Shown one piece after another: positions 38,681-49,203 of a DNA stretch of 53,816 bases. Source of the DNA: Saccostrea cucullata (lineage: Eukaryota); contig NW_026938165.1 of NCBI RefSeq assembly GCF_032062105.1, positions 62,001-115,816 on the forward strand, given 5' to 3'. Position numbers and translations under genes: made by a program. The notes beneath the pieces are model-generated. The model made no database searches, was not told the origin of the DNA, and saw nothing but the letters and a program-made list of their open reading frames with translations. Numbering within the stretch: position 1 is the first letter of the stretch; the number at the start of each line of letters is the position of its first letter.

Positions 38681-39204
38681 CAATGAAGCGCATTGAAGTG
38701 GTAAAATTTTCCGTTCGAATGGAACGTTTTGAGCTATATTTAGAGTGTTTATTGTCATCTTTTGACACGCCCATTTCTTTAGAAATTGATAAAACGGTCA
38801 AGTTGTTTCTTCAAATACCTGTAGAACAGGTTTTCCATAAATATAATAGCCAATCAAATTGAGGATCTAAATAAACACCGAGTAAACACGTGTTCGACCG
38901 AAACATGCATGTTGTAATAACTTCAATAGACATGATAAGTTCAAAAATATGTACATATTCGTTGCAATTTGTGTTTAACAGAAGCAGGGAGTCTCTAACT
39001 CCCTCTTCTAATTTTTTTAAGGCTCCATTTCAGTGTAACTCATGATGCTTGTCGCGAAGAATGGGATGTCCTAAAACTACGACAAATATTACTTTCTCGT
39101 TTCTAAAAATATGGGCGTGTCATTATGTTATAATTGACCTTCAAAACATGACTCAGAACTTTTCATCCAAACGGAGAATTTTACCACTTCAATGCGCTTC
39201 ATTG
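38681..39204. mobile_element. Mariner-type MITE (524 bp) inserted 12 bp after the Kazal stop codon
   Basis: 28-bp perfect TIR CAATGAAGCGCATTGAAGTGGTAAAATT (imperfect to ~50 bp); TA on both sides. Confidence 0.88.
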
Positions 39205-39414
39205 TAGTTTCGATTAAATAAATGTCGTTTTGAAATGGGACTGTCAGTTGATCTTTTTTCTTCTTTGATTTATATTTGTTCAACAACAAAACGATGCATT
39301 TGTTTGACTGGATTAATAGTCAGTTGTCCTTCACATTGACAGGATGAAAAATTGTAATGTATTGTACAGGCAGACTCACGGATAAACAGGTAGTTGACAT
39401 CAGATTTGAATAAA

Positions 39415-40447
39415 AACTAGAACTGTCCAAACGGGACAAAATACCCCCCACTGGGTTTTTCAGAAGGAAGTTTTTCCATAATAAAGATATGTATCACACA
39501 TGAATTATGAAACTTTTCTTCCAGTGACCTTGAAGTTCCCAAATGACCTTGGGTCAAGGTCATGACATACCCTTGGGTTATGGGCAATCTTTGTGTGGAA
39601 TGACAACCTACCAAGTTTATCCATAAGAAAGATATGGACCGGACACAAATTATGAATTTTACTTCCAGTGACCTTGAACTTCCCCAAATGACCTTGGGTC
39701 AAGGTCATGACACACCCTGAGGTCATGTGCAATCTTTGTGTGAAATGAAAACCTACCAAATTTATCCATAAGAAAGATATGGACCGGACACTAATTATGA
39801 AACTTTTCTTCCAGTGACCTTGAAGTTCCCCAAATGATCTTGGGTCAAGGTCATGACACACCCTTGTGTCATGGGCAATCTTTGTGTGAAATGAGAACCT
39901 ACCAAATTTATCCATAAGAAAGATATGGACCGGACACAAATGAAATTTTTCTTCCAGTGATCTTGAACTTCCCCAAATGACCTTGGGTCAAGGTCATGAC
40001 ACACCTTTATGTCATGGGCAATCTTTGCATGAAATGATAACCTACCAAGTTTATCCATAAAAAAGATGTGGACTGGACATGAATTATAAAATTTTTCTTC
40101 CGGTGACCTTGAACTTCCCCAAATGAACTTGGGTCAAGGTCATGACACACCCTTGGGTCATGGGCAATCTTTGTGTGAAATGAAAACTTACCAAGTTTAT
40201 CCATTAGAAAGATATGGACCGGACACAAATTATGAATTTTTCTTCCAGTGACCTTGAACTTCCCCAAATGACCTTGGGTCAAGGTCATGACACACCCTTA
40301 GGTCATGGGCAATCTTTGTGCGGAGTAGTAGATTTTAACGTCCCTCCGTAAGAAAGATATGGACCGGACACGTTTGCACAGACAGACGGACAGACCGACA
40401 AGGTGATTCCTATATACACCCCAAACTTCGTTTGCGGGGGATATAAT
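39415..40447 (-). mobile_element. HINE element with ~6 tandem ~145-bp satellite units
   Basis: Units ccagtgaccttgaa.ttccccaaatgaccttgggtcaaggtcatgacac at ~39521, 39665, 39811, 39954, 40100, 40245; CAGA/CGGA microsatellite and terminal hairpin ccccaaacttcgtttgcggggg. Confidence 0.88.
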
Positions 40448-40595
40448 GAATCCTACCATATGAAATGCCCCAGCAAAGAATGTGCTAAAATTTCAAGCAT
40501 CTGCAATGAGTAGTTGCTGAGAAATTTGGAAGAAAGGACAGACAAACAAGGGTAAAACAGTATACCCCCCTATCCTTCAGAGCAGGGGTGTAATT
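40448..40595 (-). mobile_element. Second truncated HINE end adjacent to the array
   Basis: gacagacaaacaagggtaaaacagtatacccccc...caggggtgtaat hairpin end. Confidence 0.5.
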
Positions 40596-41807
40596 AGCAG
40601 CTTGAAAGGTCATTAAACCACTGAGCTGAGCAAGGCTACTTGTCATGAAAAATATTGCATTTTAATGAATCTTCTATGCATGATCATGAAAGCTGCATGA
40701 AAATTGTCACAAATCAACATTTCAGGTCCTTGAAGACATCTTTTATAACTTTTACCCTGACAGACCAACGCTCATTTGTCATTTGAGGGGCCAAAATTAA
40801 CCCACCACATGTTCACTGCAACATGGTAATTCCAGTTTTTAGCCCTATAAAGCACATTTGAAATTCAAAAATTACAAGACAGAATTATGTATAAATATTG
40901 ACATTTTATTCTCATTCATCCTAAACATTCAAGTTTACAAACAGAAACATTCATGCATCTTCAACAGAACTGCAGATAACTGTAAAACGGCCTGTCAAAA
41001 CACAGTCCTGAAAACAAAATTTTAGGGTTGCTGAACATTACAAAACAGACTCTTACAGTTCTTTACAACAAACATCCTCAAAAATAAATTGATTCCTAAC
41101 ACAACAAACTGATAACATATACACCCAGGCTTTCCTAGAGTAGCAGGACATTTATAAATATTAAACATAGTAGGATGTCATTGTCTGAATGTTGACTGAT
41201 TACAAAACGAAGCAGATACAGTAGTTTTTTCCTACCATCTTTTACAGATAGACAGAAACATATGCCAAATAACTGATAAAATATACACTAGGAAAATTGT
41301 TTTATTAGTACTTGTGTCTGCTTTGATAAATTTTATTTGGTGAAAAAATGATGAACACTTCTCATGGTGTCAAGCGTGTTATAAGTAACAACTGGTAACA
41401 AATACATTAGGGGAAAAATAAATTGCTGAAGCTCTCTAATGCACATAATGTTTCTCAGTTTCTTTTTTATAATATACACCCATTTTTAAGGTAATTTTTT
41501 ACCTTGCACAATTCTTTCCTTCAAAATCAATGGAATTGAATGAAAAAGCAATTCATAACAACATTTCAGATGGAAAAAACGATGTCGTCTTGCAAACGTT
41601 TAAAAAAAAAGACGAACTATGCATTAAAAATTGCTGACAGGATTATCACAAAGAGCTGCCTTCTCCCTGATGGTAGGAGCTGGCTTTTTTTTTTCCAGTT
41701 GTCAATCTCAATAACTTTATATATAAGAAATTTGATGTCTCTCTCTCTGTGGAAAGTTTGATGGACTTGCCGTGTTCACCATTTCTCTCTGCTGTGTGCT
41801 ATGTGAT

Positions 41808-44724
41808 TTAGTTAATGTACTGAGCTAGCCAGCGGAAGCCTTCCCCATACCCTTGTCTTTTCAGAACACTACACATAAATAACTCCATTGGACGGCCAGG
41901 AAGCTCATTTCTGGACACAGTTCCCTAAATAGGAAAAGTAAGATTTTAGCAAGAATTAAGTAATATTTTTAACATGTCCTACCTTTACTCTTAGTGGACA
42001 CAAGACACCAAAATGGACATAATTATCTTCTAATAAATATAATTATTTTACTCTTTTTTAAAAATTTATTTTTAGTTATTTATATATTTTTTTCCTCAAA
42101 TCAAAGAAGAGTTTTCATACTTAAAATAATTACATTCTTTAAATCTAGTTGAGCTTTAAAAATCACAAAAAATCTAAGTGTTGTCATTGCCTCTATCATG
42201 TATCTCTTCAGCATTCACCTCTTATATACAAAGATTCATCAGAGACCTATAATTCTTACCTTTCCTGTGGTTTGTCCGTGTAACCCTAACCAGTGACGAA
42301 TCTCGTCTTCACTTGCAGCACCAGCCTTGTCGATTTTGTTACCTAGAACAAGAACAGGGGCACTGGCCACTTGTTCATCTGTCAGTAAACTCTGAAATAC
42401 AACATGAGAAAAATTAATACTCTTTCTTTTTATACTACATTATAGGTCTTGACTGCTCTTATTTTATTGTGTTATGCTGTACCTACATCTAATTCTGCTT
42501 TTGCCTCAGCAAATCTCTGTCTGTCGCATACATCTACTAAGAACACAATACCATCAACTGCTGGAAAATACTCCTTCCACACTCTTCTGGCTGTTAATAC
42601 AAAGGTACATTTTGTAATTCTTTCATTAAATTCCGCATGGAAACCACAAAAAAATCATTTACCAAATACAGCATACACTGTAATCTATCCTGTATATTGA
42701 GGATCCACCTTCTTTACAGAGCTTTGTTTTGCTCTGATAATTTTTAAAGAAAAAGAAAACCTTATTTTTAAGAGCCGTATATGTATTTATTTACCTTGTT
42801 GATGACCTCCAAGGTCAAAGGTTGTGAACCTCATTCCTCCCATTGATAATTCTTCTGAAGCTAAAATTTATGCATAACATGGAATTAAAACAACTCAGTT
42901 TGACAATGAATTATGCTATTTCTTCATTAACAAATACAATAATAAAGGCAGCATCAGAAACAGGTCTTACATTAATTATATTAATTTGTAAGTATGTAAA
43001 AAAAAAAAAAATGCAGTTTTCCAAATAAATTTAAAGTTTTGGAAATTGCACCACTTTACATCATCTTTACATTTAATTAAGTCAAAGGATGAACACATTT
43101 GTTGTCAACATTTGTGCAGTAGTTGTAATTTCATGACTTGGAGAGTTTTTTAACATAAACATAATCAAATAAATTTAAAGTCTTGGAAATTGCACCACTT
43201 TACATCATCTTTACATTTAATTAAGTCAAAGGATGAACACATTTGTTGTCAACATTTGTTCAGTAGTTGTAATTTCATGACTTGGAGAGTTTTTTAACAT
43301 AAACATAATCAACATTGAAATCCCAAAGTTAACCTGTGGTTTACCAATTAAAAACACATTATTACTCAGTAAAAATTTGAAATCCTCTCTGATGTTTAAA
43401 GCTGGAAACACTTTTATGCCTCAGAAAAATACATTAACAAGGTATCCCATTTCCAAGTGAACAATATAAGCTCATGCTTACTTGGGTGGAGTGTGGGGAC
43501 ATGCTGTGCCATCCTGTCATCTTTTAACATGTGAAGCAGTGTTGTCTTTCCAGCATTGTCTAGACCAAGGAACACAAGCTTACCAGACTTTTTATACAAT
43601 CCTAAAATATAAAGCCATGCCGTTTAAATATCATGCAGTTTGCCATACTTACAGTTTTAGAGGGTTCAAATCACGCTCCACTCGTATAGGAAAATACATA
43701 TGTACCTTAAGTACATTTCAGGTTCACACAAAAGTTATGAATAAACACACATATTTAACATAGAGCACATTATTTCTGGGAAAGCCAATAATTTCATTCT
43801 GCAGCTTAGTGCAATACATATTGTAGAGTTATAACACATTATCTTTTTCCTTTTTCTTTTTATAAATTAGCGATTTTTAAATTTTAGATTATCTTGTTTT
43901 ATGTACGGTAATATGTGTAACCGAAGTGAATATTTTACCATTTCCTTTCTTAAAATGAATTGATTTACATTTTCTCGTCAACTCAAGTATATTTATTACT
44001 CTATTTTAATACTGTTCAATAATTCTTGATAATTCAATCAAATTTTCAAATTTTTTTTCCTTCAGTTGTATCACATCCCTCACCAACTAAATTAAGATCA
44101 TACTTCCTTTCTGTTGATCAGTGGTCACCCAACCAACCAACAAAGCTATCTAAATGCTGTAGTAATGCATACAGTACAAAGTGTATGAATCCACCTTGCA
44201 TATTTAGCATTTAATTATACAGAATGATATAAAACTTTTGGTATGTATATCAATCAATTAGTATTAACATATGTGGTGATTGGCCAGTGCAAACCATTTA
44301 GTTAACAAATATATGAAACTATTTTATGGATGCATAAAAATGCACAAGTTCTTTCAAATCTAGGTATATGTCCATGATGCAACACAGAGGACAAACTGGC
44401 TTGCGAGCATATTATCGGCAGCTTACTTGGGTGTAGTGTAGGCACAGGCTGGATGATATGGCCTGCTTTCAACACACTCAGCAGTGTTGTTTTTCCAGCA
44501 TTGTCTAACCCCAACAAGAGAAGCTTGCCAGATTTTTGACGCAATCCTCATATATAGAAATATACACATTTATAACAATAACCTGTTTATAACTGGCTTA
44601 GCCTAGTTTTTAAGATTTCTTAATAATATAACAAAGGATACATTTTTTCCTATTAAAGTAGAATGAAAATGTTGCTCTTACCTAGATAATTTAAAATGCC
44701 GGCAAACCAGTCCCACAAAAACAT
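41808..44724 (-). CDS. SAR1: Small GTPase Sar1 (COPII), 193 aa
   Basis: Exons 44682-44724 ([15 protein letters not shown]), 43482-43601 ([18 protein letters not shown]), 42795-42860 (FDLGGH), 42487-42590, 42260-42391 (GNKID), 41808-41924 ([22 protein letters not shown]). Total 582 nt. Confidence 0.97.
43022..43312. repeat. Near-perfect ~144-bp tandem duplication in SAR1 intron
   Basis: caaataaatttaaagt.ttggaaattgcacc...aaacataatcaa occurs twice (43022, 43166). Confidence 0.9.
44427..44546 (-). CDS. SAR1: Duplicated alternative SAR1 coding exon 2 (P-loop/switch I variant)
   Basis: 120 nt, phase 1-1, [40 protein letters not shown]. Donor GTAAGC is identical to the canonical exon; acceptor is gAG. 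Confidence 0.75.
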
Positions 44725-44956
44725 CTTTCAAATCTATATAGAAGACCTGCAGCTGAAAATACAGAAGACACACACCCATTACATGAAATATTATGCAAGA
44801 CAAAGAACTTATCACTATTCACATACAGCATGTTTTGTAACATACATATCCTGATCTGGATACATTGTGTGCTAAGAATAATTGGTGTTTTTTTATATTC
44901 TGTGAGTGAATAAATAACCTATTCTAATTTCATAATAAGAATGCAAGGAATGTAAC

Positions 44957-45436
44957 TAAGGCTATCTAAATTTAATTCCCTGGTTCTCAGGCCTATTTCC
45001 TCCAAAACAGATGCGGGAGGGCGGCATTTTATTTTTCATTTTATTGGCAATAAAGTAGATGAGGGAGGTATTTTTTTAAATTTTAATTTCCGAATTTTCT
45101 TTAACATAAAGATATTTTTTTAATCACAGATATACTTTCCATTTCTGGTCAAAATTTCTGCTTATCCATTGCTTATCAGCGTGTAAACATCGTAGGTAAT
45201 GTCCTCGAATGTATTTTCAAACGAAGTAGCCAAAATCTCATTGTAAATGGCTACCGGAAGTGATATTTGAATACTAAACTACGAAACAAATGAGGTCGGA
45301 ATTTTTTTTCCCGGATTGGTCTCCGCAATACGAACTTTTTATTTTATCAAAAATTCAATAAAATCGGCAATGCGGCTACCTCAAAACGGATGCGCGCGGG
45401 CCTGAGAACGAAGATTTCATATTTTATATGGCCTAA
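44957..45436. mobile_element. Degenerate TIR element (Kolobok-like ends)
   Basis: taaggctat...gttctcaggcc ... ggcctgagaac...atatggcctaa inverted ends. Confidence 0.6.
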
Positions 45437-45540
45437 GTAGTGTCAGATGTAGAGCGTATTTTTGTCAACTATCGTGAAAGAAAACAGTATAACGAGCCCC
45501 ATGAATGCAAGAAAGTTCTTGGTGGAAATCAAATGTTATT

Positions 45541-46018
45541 CAGGTCCAGTCCAAAGACTATTTCTACCTACATAGCTATTAATAGCTATGTAGGTATTTA
45601 AACCTACCCAGAGTAGCTATTTTTACCTACTTTCTGCTTTACTTGCATTTTATGGCCAAATTCAGGAACGGCGCAACATGGTGAGCTCAAAATTCCTTGA
45701 TACAGTCACACTGATGATGGATATGACAAAAATTTGGCCAAAAAATGATTACTTCGTACATTATCTATTTCGCATTGAATCTAATGTAAAATTGCTGATT
45801 CATGAAGTAATTATTTTTTGGCCAAAATTTTGTCTTATTCATCATTAGTGCGACTGTATCAAAAAATATGGTATTCACCATGTTGCGCCATTCGGTCTTT
45901 TGGCCACAAAATGCAGATTAAACAAAAAGTAGGTAAAAATAGCTACTTTAAGTAGGTTTAAATACCTACGTAGCTATCAAAATCTACCTAGGTACAAATA
46001 ATCTTTGGACTGAACCTG
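45541..46018. mobile_element. ~480-bp foldback element (long imperfect palindrome)
   Basis: caggtccagtccaaaga...tctttggactgaacctg, with arms of ~215 bp matching throughout (e.g. tagctatttttacctacttt / aaagtaggtaaaaatagcta; ggcgcaacatggtga / tcaccatgttgcgcc). Confidence 0.85.
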
Positions 46019-49008
46019 TTAATTGTTTTGTTTAAAAACTATTGCAAGATTTTAAAAAATTAGTTTTTACCGGAAATATTCACTTGCCGGATCAGATAAG
46101 TACATTGGCAGTTTAACTTGGGAACATACTAAAGACCAATCTCAAAATTTACTGGCCTTGAGCAATTGAAGTTCTTTAAACAGCAGTTAATGTCGATCCC
46201 TGCTCTGTTTTGGGAGTTTGTTAGGACTGTTTGAAGAGATGAATACAAAAAGAAAACTGAATACTCATCTGGACTCACTCTGATAGTCTAACTAGTGATA
46301 TATAAGAGTTTTCAACATTATACTGGATCTTAAGTTGGAGGATTTTGTTTGTCTGTTGTGTTTGTTTTTTTAAGAACCAGTTCAACAGGTTCAAGATCAA
46401 ACCCACACTGCCCCAATGTATTTGAAAAAAAATAACAGTTTTAGAATCATCATTTCTCCCAACCGTTGCGAATCTTGCATAAAAATATACTTGGAAAAAT
46501 TCTTCGTATATGAAAGTGAATCATAGTCACAGATTCACAAAATATCATCATCAGTTCAGAGGTTATGGTCCCAAAAACAGATGTTCTAGAACACAAAAAT
46601 CGTGGACTAAGTAGCAATGGGCGCCGCCGCTAGGTGGCGCTGGCGGTAAGTTTTCCCGCAATCACGAAAAGTTGACCTCGTTGCGCTTGGGATTTTTCCC
46701 GGTCTTGTATGATAAAACCTGAGGCTAAAATACGAAAGTAATGGTGCGAAACTAAAGTCAGGAGTTCTAATTTGACGTATATGATATTTATAGAAAGCAC
46801 ATGGTAAGAAAATGGCAATTTATCGATATTTAAAGTGAAAAAATAGGTGGGAAGACTAGAAATCGGCAATATACGCAGATTTTACGGTCATTTTTGAGTA
46901 ATTTGATCTTTTTTAAGCTTAAAACAATACGAGGATAATAAGTATTTGCTCCGATAATAATGTAAAATCGATGTTCAATCCGGTAGGGTCAAACGAACAA
47001 GAACGATAACTCTAATGTTTTTAAATCCGAGGAAAATAAACAAGGCATTTAATCGCCGATTTTTTCCTGTTCAGTAAGTTTTCCTGTTTTTATCCTCGAA
47101 AAATATATTATTTTTGATTTATAAACACATGAAAATATGTCATTCTCTCCTTTAATGACATTATTTTGCAAACTGTAAAGACCGACAATTCTGTGTATCT
47201 CAAAACTCTTGCACTTGCAAAGTTGCAGAACGATATGTCTTTGTCAATTTATTTTGAAAGTTGAATCACAGGAAGAACTTCAAGACACTTAAGTCAGTTA
47301 TGTGTAGCTTACAACTTTGTCATAATAAATTTCTATATGCTCTGCAAATTGATAAATTATAAATATAATTTAATTAATTTAAACATGTTAAATGCTAAAG
47401 TTAAAGTTGAATAAATCTAATTCATATGCAAAATATTTTAAATTAAAATGTCAAGTAAACTGTAATTGCAGACCACTTTTTAAAATTCTTTTTTAGGAAT
47501 TTATTGAGAAAAATCAGCCAACTCCTGAAACTAGTGAAAGTCCTTTACTATTTTTCATTGTGATTTTTTAAAAATTTTATTTCAAATTTAGCACAAGCCC
47601 TCATACTAAAGTTGAGACATTCCAATAAATATGGATATCATTTTAAGAAGATAAAGAAAACATTTTCTTCTACACTTGAGAATAATAATTATTCTTTCAA
47701 TACCTTTTAATCATTTCTTTTTCAAATTTTAATTGTTTTGTAAATAGAGGATCTAGAGGAGATGTATAAAGAGAGGACAGTGGTTCTAAAAGAAGTATAA
47801 TAAATGTAGATTTTATATAGTGTTAAATTTGATAAAAACACAGTTTTATAAACCACAATTTCATAAACCTTTTCATCAATGTCAGGGATTGTGAACATAA
47901 ACATAATGAAACTGTGTAGACTTTAATACAAGAATATAATGTAACTTTCCATGTATGGTAGACAGTGTACGATAGAGTTCTTCAGAGTACTGAAGAAAAG
48001 TTGTGTATTTTAATATAGTTAGACTATTTATGTATATACAATTTGATTTAACAGTATATTAAAATATATTTCAACATTTGTCCCAAATATTTGTTTATTT
48101 AGCAATATTTGGACAAGGAAGCAACATTCATGATTGAATGCAATGAACAGATGATGGTTATAAACACCCCAATCTTATTTACTATTTTGTTTCAGACTTA
48201 TTAATTTCAACTAAATCTTGTTTATCAAAAATTAAATTAATTGCATTACATAAACTTTAATATTTTTCACATTAACAATGAAACATTTGAAGTTTGATTA
48301 GATCAAGATCAGGATCAAACCATAAGATAAACCAATGTAAACCGTAACCTGAAATCAAAAATTAAAATAACTTCTAAAATAAGGAACACATACACATTTT
48401 ATTTAAATATATGTTAAATATGTTAAACCAATGTTGAAAAACATACAAAAAGCAGTTTTACTGCATTTAATTATAAAATTTTACTAGCGTACTCTAAAGT
48501 ACTCTATCTTACAAGCGTACTCTGTTTTGTAGGACAGTAAGGTGAAAGAGGGTAGGTGTGTTTATTAGTATTCTAAGGCTATAAAAATTCTCATTTTCAA
48601 TAAATTAAGTTCATATTTAGATTAAACACACCCAAAAAAGGTTAAATAGACATTTAGTTATCTTTTATTTGATAAATTTTCATCAGTATAATGTGAGGTC
48701 AGATATTTTTAAAAGTCAGAAAATTAGCCAATTGAAATTGCGTGGGGGGTACCCATGTTTGCCAGTTAATTGTGATGCAATGGAAAGAGATACAATGAAA
48801 TGGTTGTCAATTTTGAAATCAGCATGCTCAAATTGAGAGGAATGTGAGGAAAAAATCTGAAAAAATACTGTTTTTAAAAATCACCCCCTGATGCTAGACT
48901 AAGGTCAATCAATCTGAACATCTGAAGTTTCTCAGCTGAAGAAAATATGTTCAAACGTTCACCACACTCTAAACTAAATTACAATTTTGTTCTCATGCTA
49001 AGAAATAC

Positions 49009-49203
49009 ACTTACGAATAAATTCCACAGTCTCCGTACTTTGTACACGACGCAAAATGGCAGTCTACGTTGCACAACTGTAACAAAACGAAATGTCAATT
49101 GGTCGACATTCCAAAGATTAGCCAATGAAATACAAGCTTACAAAGCTGCACTAAAGGTGATTGTATCACGCGAGTAAATGTTAACAACCACGGAGAGCTG
49201 AGA
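49009..49203. promoter_or_regulatory. Probable SAR1/MRPS24 bidirectional promoter with SAR1 non-coding exon 1
   Basis: Minus-strand donor GTAAGT (acttac 49009-49014), YY1-like CAAAATGGC (49052-60), CCAAT (49122), TCACGCGAG (49166-74), MRPS24 ATG at 49204. Confidence 0.55.

Noticed and set aside
39417-40288. Overlapping repetitive ORFs (up to 144 aa) on the minus strand
   Set aside because: They are translations of a ~145-bp non-coding satellite that shift frame every unit.
44302-44544. Second separate SAR1 gene or processed pseudogene
   Set aside because: Similarity is confined exactly to one exon lying between exons 1 and 2 of the single gene.
46606-48902. A defined 2.3-kb DNA transposon between SAR1 exons
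   Set aside because: Ends are only weakly inverted (taagtagca / tgctagacta), with no clear TSD or ORF, so it is not called as a feature.
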